Below are positions 11,767 to 25,099 of a stretch of 45,802 nucleotides of DNA, piece after piece. The notes beneath the pieces were generated by a model. The model saw only the letters and a list, made by a program, of their open reading frames with translations. It did no database searches and was not told where the DNA came from. The position numbers and the translations under genes are program-made. How positions within the stretch are numbered: the first letter of the stretch is position 1; each line of letters starts with the position of its first letter. Location of the stretch: assembly GCA_011109175.1 (NCBI GenBank), contig RDEW01000008.1, forward strand, positions 971,558 to 1,017,359, written 5' to 3'. Origin of the DNA: Dicyema japonicum. Its lineage: Eukaryota > Animalia > Dicyemida.

Positions 11767-13683
11767 TTTTCTTAGTTATTAATTTTTCTTGTTTTTTAGA
11801 TTTTACTTTATTTGTTAAGTAGTCGCGAATACTTAGTTAATTAAGGCCACGTGTCTCTGTTATTTCAAGTTTATTATGAATGGTAGTTGCTTGAATAAAG
11901 ATTGACTGGTTGTTGCGTAAAGGATTTAAAAATACCTTGTATGGGATTCGAATTCGGGACCTATTTTGCTTTTATTCATTAAATTTTAACTTAGTTAAGT
12001 TATCACGGCCTAGCGAACAAGTAGGAGACCTCAGCTATTATGTGGTGGTCGCTTCTATAAATCGGTCACTTTAGGAATGGTAGATAAGTCAGAGTGACCT
12101 GGGAACGACAAACGAAAGGATGAGGACGATGGGCATTATGTATTACCTCTTTCATTAAGTATGCTGTCACATCGTATTTTTAGCAGGTTTCAATGTATTT
12201 AAGTTGTATGTTATGCTACTGTATCTCCCCTATTGAAACGTAGGAAGAGAAATCCTGATAATTCTTGTGGAACTCTAATCTTCGCTTTTCATTACTCAGA
12301 TCCACAGCCGGTTTAACTCGAAAAAAAATTCAATAGCTATTCTACACAATTTTATCAAATCGATATGATCTTATCCTTCCTCATTTTTGTAGATGATTAA
12401 AGGGAGGATTATCTTTGGGAAAATAGATAGCATAGATTCACTTCCAGTCCCGACTTGGGGAGATTTCACGAAACTTGATAGACTTTTTTCCCCAACATCT
12501 CCTTTGAAATCTATTTTATATCCAATCAGTAGTACTTAGTAATGTAAGAGATTGTCGTTGTTAATTGGGTGAAGGCAACTTGATGGGGGTACTTCATGAT
12601 ATTAGTAAAGCACACATCGTTTTTTTAAGGTAGACTAATTTAGATCTTCCATTTATACATTTTTTTCAATACAGCTCATTCACTCTAAAAATCCTTCATT
12701 TCGAAGGATTTCGTTTCTTTGATATGTTTGAATTGAAATCACCATCATTAGTAAGCAGATCTCATTCTTTCTTAATATTTGTATTAAATGGCCTTCGTCT
12801 GCTATCCCTCGTCTTCTGTGTCTCCCTTCTTTTTGATAGGAAAGAATGCGATTACATTCCTAGAAACCAGAGTCTTTTCCTCTGACGGGGTTGAAAACAA
12901 ATTATCTACCAGATGTTGTTTAGTTTAGAAACTCGGTTGTCGTTGAAGTCAATCCTGGGAAAGTTGGAGTAATCTTAAGGTTCCACCCTGTAAAATGCAA
13001 AGAGTTCGCATTCAAGCGAGTTCTTCCACAAATTCTTCTGCTATTTAGAAAATGAAATATAACTCACATCAACTTTCTAAATTTTAAATTATTTGTTTGA
13101 CATAGCCCAATTGTATATTGTAATTAAATCAGGAGACGTTACATATTACTATAGAGAAATTTATACGGTAATGGATATTGTCAATTAAGAAAATCATGAA
13201 TTTACTCATCATAGTCTTGATGAAATATGTAATCTAAACAATTTCAGAAATAAAGTGGGTCTTACCAAAAGCAAAGTGGTTCTTACAAAAAGCAAAGTGG
13301 AAAGAAAATATTTTTGTGTTATAGGGTGAAGAAATGGATATTGTCAATTAAGAAAATCATGAATTCACTCATCATAGTCTTGATGAAATATGTAATCTAA
13401 ACAATTTCAGAAATAAAGTGGGTCTTACCAAAAGCAAAGTGGTTCTTACAAAAAGCAAAGTGGAAAGAAAATATTTTTGTGTTATAGGGTGAAGAATAAT
13501 TGCAATAGTAGGTTCATAATTTCTGGCTTATCAAAAGACAAAAGAGCAAACTTTATATTAGAAAAAATAGAATTTCATTAATCTGAATATCATTTGCAAA
13601 AAATTCGTTTCAAAAATATAGTTTTTATAAAATAAAAAAAAAATTCAGTAAATGAGTAAAAATGATTCTTGTGAGAAAAATAC

Positions 13684-13756
13684 GGCCCCGTGGCCTAGAG
13701 GATAAGGCGTCTGGCTTCTATCCAGTTGATCGTGGGTTCGAGTCCCACCGGGGTCG
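13684..13756 (+). tRNA. tRNA-Arg, anticodon TCT, intronless
   Basis: 73 nt. Acceptor stem GGCCCCG/CGGGGTC, D stem GCCT/AGGC, anticodon loop CTTCTAT, T loop GTTCGAGT, G discriminator. Confidence 0.85.
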
Positions 13757-16700
13757 TCTTAATTTATTTTTTACACTAAAGTAAATTGCTAAGCCATATC
13801 TATTTAATTAATTCAATTGTAATCTTAATAAATTCTATTCATTTTACTAATTATTGTGAGATTTTCTATTAAACCTTTTTAAGTAAGATTAGAACAGTTT
13901 AATGGTCTTAAACTTTTTGTAGTTAGTTGAGGTGTTGACGACGCCTCTATTGCACTATGTCATATATGTATTCGTTACAGACTTCTCCGTTCACTCTGGG
14001 ATCTTTAAAATACCAACTAGTAACCGTCTAGGATCTGTAGTCCATCAAGATTTGTTTCACTATGTTACAAGAGTATGGGCATCATCTGACATTATAATAG
14101 AAATGACGGACGATTTGGACTACCTAAAAGAACTAGCGCGCAACGGAAGATCATGGCCGAAGCTGAAGGAGNCTATTGCACTATGTCATATTTGTATTCG
14201 TTACAGACTTCTCCGTTCACTCTGGGATCTTTTAAAACACCAACTGGTAACCGTCTAGGATCTGTAAAGATCTGTTTCACTGTGTTACAAGAGTATGGGC
14301 ATCATCTGACATTATAATGGAAATGACGGACGATTTGGACTACCTAAGAGAACTAGCGCGCAACGGANCGCCTCTATTGCACTATGTCATATATGTATTC
14401 CTTATAGACTTCTCCGTTCACTCTGGGATCTTTAAAACACCAACTGGTAACCGTCTAGGATCTGTAGTCCATCAAGATCTGTTTCACTGTGTTACAAGAG
14501 TATGGGCATCATCTGACATTATAATAGAAATGACGGACGATTTTGACTACCTAAGAGAACTAGCGCGCAACGGAAGATCATGGCCGAAGCTGAATGGGAA
14601 GATGATTCGGAATACGGCACAAGGAAAACTTAACTAATTTTATGTTTTTCCGGCAGTGTTTTTTAATAATAATAAGGCCACTTTAATATGTCTACTTCTA
14701 TGTGCTTGTGTCTGTTTTTATTAAAATTTAAATTTTTCTATACCTTATTTTGCTGCCCTAGCATTATGTGGAATTTGCGAACTTGAGTAAACTAACACTA
14801 GCAATAACGTAGTTTTACTTATGTACTTACAGTTTATGCAAGATAAAATTGTATCTCAACCTGACTTTATAATGGTCCTTCACAACCTCAAACCTTTTGC
14901 CAATTAACTTCTCTCTCAAACCTTTTTTTTACCCCAAGATCACCGACAATCAAGATTTTATATTAAACCTTTTTAAGTAAGATTAGAACACTTTAATGGT
15001 TTTAAGTTTTTTGTAGTTAGTTGAGGTGGTGACGACGCCTCTATTGCACTATGTCATATTTGTATTCGTTACAGACTTCTCCGTTCACTCTGGGATCTTT
15101 TAAAACACCAACTGGTAACCGTCTAGGATTTGTAGTCCATCAAGACCTGTTTCACTGTGTTACAAGAGTATGGGCATCATCTGACATTTAATGGAAATGA
15201 CGGACGATTTGGACTACCTAAAAGAACTAGCGCGCAACGGAAGATCATGGCCGAAGCTGAAGGGGAGGATGATTCGGAATACGACACAAGGGAAACTTAA
15301 CTAATTTTATGTTTTTCCGGCAGTGTTTTTTAATAATAATAAGGCCACTTTAATATGTCTACTGCTATGTGCTTGTGTCTGTTTTTATTAAAATTTAAAT
15401 TTTTCTATACCTCATTTTGCTGCCCTAGCATTATGTGGAATTTGCGAACTTGAGTAAACTAACACTAGCAATAACTTAGTTTCACTCATGTACTTACTGT
15501 TTATGTAAGATAAAATTGTATCTCAACCTGACTTTATAATGGTCCTTCACAACCTCAAACCTTTTGCCAATTAACTTATCTCAAACCTGTTTTTTTACCC
15601 CAAGATCACCGACAATCAAACATTTTGCTAATATGGTGAATAAAACTTTTAGCTTTTGATAATCCAGTTTAATTTTTTTTTTAATTATTTTAAAGTCATA
15701 TTTTTCAAAAGCTAACACGTGCGCAGTCTGAACTTAAGTAAGCACAAGTAATTAATGCACAATCACATTATACGAATTTTTGATAATTGTAAGCGGAAAA
15801 TAAGTTTATTAGAATTANTGGTGAATAAAACTCCTAGCTTTTGATACTCCAGTTTAATTTTTTTTTTAATTATTTTAAAGTCATATTTTTCAAAAGCTAA
15901 CACGTGCGCAGTTTGAACTTAAGTAAGCACAAGTAATTAATGCATAATCACATTATAACGCAATTTTGATATTTGTAAGCGGAAAATCAGTTTATTAGAA
16001 TTAAAGTCTTAGCAACCTAGACATTCATATTTAAAGTCCCAGTAGAGGAATGCAGAGATCTATAAAGGTTATTTAACAAAAGACTGAGAATTTAATGTCT
16101 GGTGTAATTTCCTCTGTCTCAAGACACGTTTATAGGCGAAATAAATAATCGTAAAAATGATCACGGAGATGAGAATGGTGACCAAAGCATACACTACATT
16201 ATCTGCCTCAATATATAATTTTACTGTANATTAAAGTCCTAGCAACCTAGACTTTCATATTTAAAGTCCCAGTAGAGGAATGCAGAGATCTATAAAAGTT
16301 ATTTAACAAAAGACTGAGAATTTAAGGTCTGGCATAATTTCCTCTGTCTCAAGACACGTTTATAAGCGAAATAAATAATCGTAAAAATGATCACGGAGAT
16401 GAGAATGGAGACCAAAGCATACACTACATTATCTGCCTCAATATATAATTTTACTGTAATTTCGTGATTTTCTGATCTCCCCTGAATCTAGTGAAGTTAT
16501 AATTTTTCATAATATACCTGGCTTCTTAGGCTCCTGGGAACCATCCTAAATTAATTACATACGCGATTTTACTTCGGAATTTCCTATATAATCCAATCCT
16601 ATATCTACACATTACAACAAACACGGTAACTAGATTTTATTATGGAGAATNACACTACATTATCTGCCTCAATATATGATTTTACTGTAATTTCGTGATT

Positions 16701-17946
16701 TTCTGATCTCCCCTGAATCTAGTGAAGTTATAATTTTTCATAATATACCTGGCTTCTTAGGCTCCTGGGAACCATCCTAAAATTATTACATACGCGATTT
16801 TACTTCGGAATTTCCTATATAATCCAATCCTATATCTACACATTACAACAAACACGGTAACTAGATTTTATTATGGAGAATAAAAGGCTAGTGAGAAGTA
16901 TCATCTCGTATTAACGATGTAATTCGCTTATAAATCTTCATCGATTACTTTGTGCAGGACACGTGTTCTGTTATGAGTTTATATGTCTTCTTTATGCTCA
17001 GTTATCAAAATATTGACGACCTAGCTGCCAATTCACTAGTAGTTAAGAGAATGCACGAACCTTTGTATGATGCTAATAGAACTGACAAAGTGCATAAGAA
17101 TCAATATTTCACCACAAGAAATTAAAAATCAAATAATTAAAAAAATTAAAAAATGTCAATTAATTTTTTTATTTAATAATAAGGTTGAACTCGGGGTCAT
17201 AAATGTATGATGCTAATAGAACTGACAAAGTGCACAAGAATCATTATTTCACCACAAGAAATTAAAAATCGAATAATTAAAAAAATTAAAAAATGTCAAT
17301 TAATTTTTTTATTTAATAATAAGGTTGAACTCGAGGTCATAAATCTTTCCTGGTAGAGCAGATTCACGTGGCCCTCAGTGGAAGTATAGTGTCTATAAAA
17401 ACAGTAAGGAAGGGAAAGATTTTAGTGGCCGGAAGAGTGAGGATTCTATCAGGCGGGGGTAAAAGAGATATCAAAGACGACCATCCAGGATAGATGTATG
17501 CAATTTAAGCTTATATGATTCTGCGTGTCATCCATAATAATGAATACAGCCAATTTATAATCGTACACATGTCCGGGAGCACTAGAAAAAGGATAAGAGT
17601 TATTGTTTAACCAAGTGATCTCGGTGACCATGCCTAGCTTCCTCCTACAGTTTGTCTCGAATCCTGGGTTAATCTAAATAAAGTCGAAGGTTTCTCCTCA
17701 AAATATTATCTTGTTGAGACAACTATAAAGACTGTGACTCCCACTAGAATTGATTAAAAACAAGTCTATTTGTGAACAACATTGTATTTGTTCTTCTCTT
17801 CATACAACAGTGAGAGAAAATGACCCTGGATTTGTTCTCTGGCTGATTGCTTTTGAGAGAAGGAGGGGTTTGTTTAAAAACAACAATGGTTTCAGGTTAA
17901 ACTAATGCCTCTACGTTACTGATTCATTTAATTAATATAATTTAAT

Positions 17947-18150
17947 AACCCCAAATACACCGAGAATGTGGAAACCCCTCCAGTGGAGTGGGGAAGAGCA
18001 AGTGATCCTTTTTCGTGTCGGCCTGGCACTGGGCATCACCCAGACAGGTGGATCACATGACGCCACTCTATTTGAAAGAGAGGAAGAACAGACAAGCAAG
18101 CAGAAAAATTCAACCAATTAACCACGCAGCACCACATGGCGCCACGTGGC
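17947..18150 (+). repeat. Dispersed repeat family X, copy
   Basis: GGGGAAGAGCAAGTGATCCTTTT..GTCGGCCTGGCACTGGGCATCACCCAGACAGGTGGATCACATGACGCCACT. Closely matches the reverse complement of 28820-29130. Confidence 0.75.
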
Positions 18151-18699
18151 TATAAACTCCGGAAACGCTTACTCACAAGCACCCATTTTTTAATCCCTTC
18201 GTGGTAGATATTTCACATAGACGATTATAAATAACACGTGTCGATTATTGACAGCCAGCAAATCCACTTATTGAAAATTTTTAACCTTAACTATATGTCG
18301 CTGAAATATCTTCCATATTGGTTTCGCTAAAAAATCCTCCTTTCTCGCTTCTTGTGCGACACGGTTAAAGAATTGGCCGACAGAGTGGTTCTTTTGTGAT
18401 GAAAATCCGTTCAAAGCTAGTCAGTATCGTTCGCGAAGTTCTCCTGANCAGCAAATCCACTTATTGAAAATTTTTAACCTTAACTATATGTCGCTGAAAT
18501 ATCTTCCATATTGGTTTCGCTAAAAAATCCTCCTTTCTCGCGACACGGTTAAAGAATTGGCCGACAGAGTGGTTCTTTTGTAATGAAAATCCGTTCAAAG
18601 CTAGTCAGTATCGTTCGCGAAGTTCTCCTGACCGTGGTGAGATTAGGTTTCCGAGTTTTTTGAAGTAATCATAGGAAAAGTGTCCTAAGGCACCAATGG

Positions 18700-19180
18700 T
18701 TTGTGTTACATTACCAAAGGAGCAAGTGCCACATTACCGTGAAGTAAGTGTACTCCCAGGGCTTCAATGTCTTTGCTTTCCACCTGAAGAACTTCAAACA
18801 ACAAGAGAAACCAGCAGCATCAATCCCGTCAAACAACATCATCAGGAGCTTGTGCTTGTGCTTAGGCACCCTTTTATGTTCCTTCATGCAACCGAGTGGT
18901 GCCTAAAACCATTGATCTGTTCACTGCATCTTCACCGGTATGAAACGCAGATTTTCAAAGGGAGATGCCAATTCGGATTAAATCTTCGTCGAGAAAAGTT
19001 CCCAAACTCCATTTGGAATATTGTTGAACCATGTCCCACTTTCGAGAGATGTTCTGGAAAACAGACATGCACGCTTGTGTTTGTTTGAGTATTCCATAAG
19101 CCTATCGAAAGCTTTCTGGCATAGGACATCATCCAGAATCCATTTGATCGTAGGAAGGAGGGAGTGATAAATAGTCACAA
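18700..19180 (-). mobile_element. Decayed CRE-like non-LTR retrotransposon, post-RT/CCHC region
   Basis: QKAFDRLMEYSNKHKRACLFSRTSLESGTWFNNIP, then with frameshifts LGTFLDEDLIRIGISL and CSEQINGFRHHSVAC, resembling the ESGAWL..+P...G..L...RI...C.CG...D..G.H...C pattern. Confidence 0.55.
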
Positions 19181-19399
19181 GACCTAATCTCCTTTAGATG
19201 GCCAACGTCCGAATGAGTTGAAAACCTGGAAAAGTGTATAGAATTTTCCTGGCCATGGAATACGCATATTAACTTTCCGTATATAAATATGTCTAGGTTA
19301 ACATAGGGACAAAATCAATTTTAACTTTTAGATCTGTCACGTGTCATAAAATAGATCATAGATCACTTTACGTGTAATTACTTTAATTATTTCTCACAT

Positions 19400-19720
19400 T
19401 TGAATTCAAGTGTTGCAATCAATAACGATTAAGGGAATAATGGGGGATACTGCAACAAGTTTCTCAATAATTGAAGCCACAAGAATTTGTTTGCATCATT
19501 TAGCCAACTTTTTTTGAAGAGAGATTTCCAGAGTGTTCTTTAATGGTCTAATGATCATACGGATGTGCCTGCGGTTAGTGGAGTTGAGTAATGGGAGTGT
19601 TAGATCTTTAAGGTCGTGATCATAAGAGATACTATGAAGCAATAACACCCACCTGAATCTATACTATTAAGAGAATTTTTGGGCGTTAGAGATTCAATAA
19701 TCTTAATAATTGTAGTTCCA
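19400..19720 (-). mobile_element. Possible pogo/Tigger DDE transposase relic
   Basis: WVLLLHSISYDHDLKDLTLPLLNSTN...IIRPLKN loosely matches VLLL+DN..AH..L.N+.+.FLPPNTT...GII+.LK. Heavily decayed. Confidence 0.3.
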
Positions 19721-20624
19721 CTTCAACTTAATAATCGTGGTTCCACTTCAAAATAGACGATTACAGTTCAGGTTCCCATTATGACGAAATTCTAACCTGG
19801 ATACGTCATGTATCTGCCACTTCCTTTTCACAATTTTGGGGTTAGATGTCCTCGTCAGTCATTTTGACGTCTATTAAGCATCCGATTCTTCTCTAGTGGT
19901 CTACAGTGATCTACCACTTTTCTGTAGTGTCATGTTCACTAAAAAAAGTCCTTCATTTTATTTTACTAAGACCGATACTAATAGGATGCGAATGATTATT
20001 AAAAGCAATTGTAGAGCTCGAAATTCCAATTTTGTGAAANCCACTTTTCTGTAGTGTCATGTTCACTAAAAAAAGTCCTTCATTTTATTTTACTAAGACC
20101 GATACTAATAGGATGCGAATGATTATTAAAAGCAATTGTAGAGCTCGAAATTCCAATTTTGTGAAATATCTATATCAGTGGTTCTTAACATTTTTTAAGT
20201 CAGCACCCCTTCTTGATACAATTTTGAAGCTTCAAAATTTTAGCGCCCCCTTTAGATTTAATTTATTTTTTTAAATTGCGGATTTATTTGGCCATTTTTT
20301 TAATTGTACGTCGAAACTTTTTTTCCATCAGCCGAGTGCGATGCTAACCGACCAAATTTTAATATTATCAAATATTACTAATTATTTTTAATTGAAGTTC
20401 ATCCTAAGAATATGACCACAAAGTTTCCATTTCGATTTCATAATTTCCACTGAAATCCTTCATGTTCAAAACTGATTATAGAGCGGGAAATGTATTGAAA
20501 GCGGTAAGAGAGACTGTTGAGGAGAGATGATATCATTCCGTAAGAATGCTAGTGGCCTGTCTTCATATGCTCAGTTTACTGTGAATAAACCAGTGAAAAT
20601 TCTAGGCCCCTTCAAGTAAACAAA

Positions 20625-20850
20625 ACTAACAAATTTCTTGACACTGACGTGTTCCAACAGGACTCTCAACTAAGATTATTGATCCAGAGGGCTTTGTCCA
20701 GAGAGCTGAGGTCGATTCCAGAACTCGTCGCTATGGATCGAAATTGAAGAATCATTTTGAATGCCGGTCAGGCAATGAGAGTCTTCTGAGTAAAATAGAT
20801 CCAATGACGCTACTAGATTGAAGGAATAGAAGCCTTCTATCAGGTAGCAA
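20625..20850 (+). repeat. Dispersed repeat family X, copy
   Basis: GATCCAGAGGGCTTTGTCCAGAGAGCTGAGGTCGATTCCAGAACTCGTCG...TTTTGAATGCCGGTCAGGCA...GATCCAATGACGCTACT. Confidence 0.75.
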
Positions 20851-23245
20851 AACATATTTTCCTGAGTAAATAAAAAAAATTGAAGATCGTACTTAAAACT
20901 AAAATTTTTATTAAGACTAAATTTATATTATTTATCAAATAATTATTATAAATATTTAAATACATGCACTTACATGCTTAGTTGTTTGTGCGGTTTATGC
21001 GCAGTATGTATTTTATACTGTTCCTGAGAATCGCTACATAATTTTCAATTTATTACCAAAATTGACACATTATGTTCATAAAAAATCTCTATTCTAATTT
21101 TGTTGGATAATGTGCTATTAAGAGTTAGACGTTAAGCTTGGATAACATTCCTTATTAAGCGAATATAGGAGATTTAAATTTACCAATCGGCGAATATATG
21201 TTTCAAAACACATCTCGAATTGTTTGTTTATATATTTAGTTTTTTCAAGCGAAAAAAATTGGTGGATTACGGTGAAGTAATAACCGAAGGCCATAGATGG
21301 CAGACGGAGCGTCATATAGAGGTTGGGACAATTGTTGATTAAAAGTGAAGTTATTCAGTTGAAGAGGATCTATGACAGCCAGTAATCGGTCTTAAAAGGA
21401 GTTTGAGTGCCGTTTTCACATGAAGGATCTCCTCGGGAAGAATACTGCATAGCAGACAACAGATACGACTTTTCTCCCTTACTAAGCAACTACCAAATTG
21501 TTCGCTGGTAGTGACTACGGGACGAGTACCAAAGTTATTAAATCATTGAAATCGCCCTTCTCTTAGAAATGTTAATCTATATTTCACCTTTGCTAACTCT
21601 CNNNNNNNNNNNNNNNNNNNNNNNNNNNNNNNNNNNNNNNNNNNNNNNNNNNNNNNNNNNNNNNNNNNNNNNNNTACTAAGCAACTACCAAATTGTTCGC
21701 TGGTAGTGACTACGGGACGAGTACCAAAGTTATTAAATCATTGAAATCGCCCTTCTTCTCTTAGAAATGTTAATCTACATTTCACCCTAACTAACTCTCT
21801 CAACATAATCAGCCGTCTCTGCTCTTCCTACATCCGATTTGATGTCTTCACAAGCACCACATGCCGGTTCAACAAGTTGGTTATTGATTATCTGAAATAC
21901 TTTGGTGGTTTCTATAGTAACCACTAATATATGCCTATCTCAGTCTAGAAAGTGATAGGAAAATAAGGGAGACATCTCTAAGCAAGCCAATCTCATTAGT
22001 TTTTGCTTTCGTCAATAGTTTTGGGTACCAAAAGATCATCTAAGGAATTTCTCAGAAGAGGTTCAATACCTGAGAATATATCGCCCCCAAATGAGGGGTT
22101 CTGGTTTTGATTTTAGCTTCCCAGACAATATATTCTGGAGCACAGTGCCTGGATAAAGTCTCTACTGGAACGCTTTAGGATTACGGAATTAGTTTGGTTC
22201 ACCGTTAGTCTTTGGAATAATTACACTTCATGTAAAGTGGTCTTTGAAGCGTAAATTGCCATATTCGTAATCTTTGTTAATTTCTATGCTGTACTTAAAA
22301 TAGTATTAATTTGTTTATAAATTGGGTTTTTGAGTGCATTTTGAATAAGACTTCCCACTGATCAGTAGCCGACTGGTTAATTAGTGCAAGTTTTAGCCGG
22401 AAAACAAACTATGAAATTGATCTAGTACACTTAATGGCTCTATTTTCTCAAGAAGACTATAACCACTCATTTTCTTAGTGAACTCAGGAGAAATCTGAAA
22501 TCCCAAGTTTTTAAATAAGCAACCATCGGATGCACTATTGCCTGGGTTCGAACCCCGTCTGCCGAATTGGTGTATTCGGGTGAATCATGATCTGATCATC
22601 TTCTGCTACCTATCTTATTCACTTACATTCTACATTCATGCCTGATTGGGATTTTGACTTTGTAAGTATAACTGCCATCGAATAGCAGATCAGCAACTGT
22701 TTGAATATTCCAAAATTAATCAATTAAAATAAATAAAATCTAAAATATTAAGATAATTGATAAATTACTTGAAATATTTAACGAACTACACTTTATTTCA
22801 CTATCACTTAAACTATTGATTGTAGCCGATCTATGGGAGCGACCAGTATTTGCTGCGTCTTACTTAATAGCCCTGATCTCCTACAAGATAGTAAGGCAGG
22901 AGTTACTTAACTAACTAATCGATTGTAGCCACCAGAATAGGTAGTCTGGTGGGTAAGCTGTCTTAGTACAGCAATTGTTCATGAGTACCCATTCTCCCAC
23001 TGATTACTAAGTCGAAGATCTTTTTTCCTTTTTTCAGTTGAATAAGACTAGAGAATTTTATCTTCTCTCATTCTAATAAAGTGACTGTAATCCGTTTGAC
23101 TCAGGTGACCCCCAGTGTCGACTTCGAATAAAAAAGGATTATTAGTACTCCCCCATTCCTTTGAAGAGAGTCCCAATATCGATTTGTAGTCATTAGGAAT
23201 TCGCGGGAAATTATTAGTGAAATAAAAATTCAGTCAAATTAGTAT

Positions 23246-24609
23246 TTAAGAATTGCCGAGAAGACATTCTCTCTCGATATTAACGGGCAAGACGTCGAAG
23301 AGGAGTTCTTCGAACCTATCCAAATCACAGAGTCTTCCACAGCCTAAATAAGGAATAAAAAACACCTGGAATTTGTAAAAAATTGATCTTCTTGTTGTTT
23401 AGCCTGTAGACAATCCGGACGTACCACGTGTCTTGAATTTCGTGGAGTTCATAAAAAAGACAAGAAGCGAACTCCGGGAAGGTTCCATTGAAGACTCCCA
23501 TCGCTCCCAAAAGGGACATAATGGTGAAATCGTGCTGAAATAAGATTAACCTTAACTCCAGAATAGATCACTGCTTTTCCTGGAATGCCTGACTTGTTCG
23601 CTCGTCTCCCCTTCATAGAATCAATGATCTTTTTCAAAATCGGCCCTTTTAAGTAAACTGGGACTTTAACCTCCACGTAGTCGTTTCAGTTTTTTGTTGT
23701 TGTTGAATAACACGTGCTTCAAGGAAGCTATCTCCTTCATTTTCTTAACAGTTGATTCATCCAGCCATTCGGGCATCGATAAATCCTCCGCCTCCTTAAA
23801 ATCACACAAAAAGAGACATCGCACAAAATGTTACTCCAAATTCTGAGAAAGCCGTTCAAGGATCTGTTAGAAAATCCAGCGAGCTTTGAGATTTTCGATA
23901 TGAAGTCCTTCCTAGTGAAATCAGGGGATCTACTTTGTTTTCTTCTTCGATTCTTTTCACGACTGGATTTAGCTTGTCCGCGAGACGAAAATATTGGGGA
24001 CACGGATATCTCATATCAATAATCTGGATGATTCAATCGATTTACCTGATCTTCATTTTTTGGAATTGTGTGAACTGGAATGGGTCTCCAGGTGAGATTC
24101 GAATTCCGGACACGGATATCTCATATCAATAATCTGGATGATTCAATCGATTAACCTGATCTTCATTTTTTGGAATTGTGTGAACTGGAATCGGTCTCCA
24201 GGTGAGATTCGAATTCCACATTTGATCTCCTGATGGGGGATACAACCCGGCCAGATTTGCCAAAGCGCTCATTATCGTCCGTTCTTTATCGGAGGACAGC
24301 ACTTTCACCTCCGACAAATTGTAGGGATTTAAAAACGGGTAAGTTTTTCTGATATATCGTCCCAGCCGGTATTGCATTAAAATTCCATTCTAACGGTTAA
24401 TGCAGTGAAAACGTTTGTTAGCTGCTTAAATCCCTGTTTCCAGTGTTCGAAATGCTTATTTGACGGGAAAAGGTGGGAAGGGCTTCTTGCTCCATGTCGG
24501 TAAATCTAAAGTCCGTGCAACCACATACGATGTTTAGATATTTTAGAGTTTTCGAATTTTGGCAATTTGTGGCAGCAAATGCTAGGGAAATGAGGTATAA
24601 GGCTATCAT
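23246..24609 (-). CDS. Secreted histidine acid phosphatase (lysosomal/prostatic type), about 355 aa
   Basis: Signal peptide MIALYLISLAFAATNC. Catalytic IYRHGARSP and YSG|HDFTI motifs appear only after removing 8 introns: 24506-24528, 24390-24412, 24134-24155, 23908-23933, 23795-23817, 23646-23670, 23535-23556, 23344-23365 (22-26 nt). After also removing the 110-bp duplicate the CDS is 1068 nt in frame. Confidence 0.9.
23998..24217. repeat. 110-bp tandem duplicate inside the phosphatase CDS (likely assembly artefact)
   Basis: 23998-24107 and 24108-24217 differ at 2 positions, with no N between them. The duplicate would frameshift an otherwise intact gene. Confidence 0.8.
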
Positions 24610-25099
24610 CGTAAGGTTAATCAGTGATTAGAACGATATCAGAATATTTAATAAGTTATCAGGACTTGATTACGGCCTGGGTGGGGCTCAATCTCTATGA
24701 ACACAAAATGTGGAACTAGTAGACCCCAGTTGATTTACTTATACTTAACTTCACACAGTTTATATGTTTTTGACTTTTATTGCCTCCAACAGAAATCTCT
24801 GTTGTCATATTTCTCTTCCTCGTCATTGGATCCACACTAATNTTTAGAGTTTTCGAATTTTGGCAATTTGTGGCAGCAAATGCTAGGGAAATGAGGTATA
24901 AGGCTATCATTGTAAGGTTAATCAGTGATTAGAACGATATCAGAATATTTAATAAGTTATCAGGACTTGATTACGGCCTGGGTGGGGCTCAATCTCTATG
25001 AACACAAAATGTGGAACTGGTAGACCCCAGTTGATTTACCTTTATTTAACTTCACACAGTTTATATGTTTTTGACTTTTATTGTCTCCAACAGAAATCT

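Noticed and set aside
22535-22565. tRNA gene suggested by GGGTTCGAACCCC (similar motif near 11943)
   Set aside because: B-box-like arm only, with no D arm, anticodon arm or acceptor stem.
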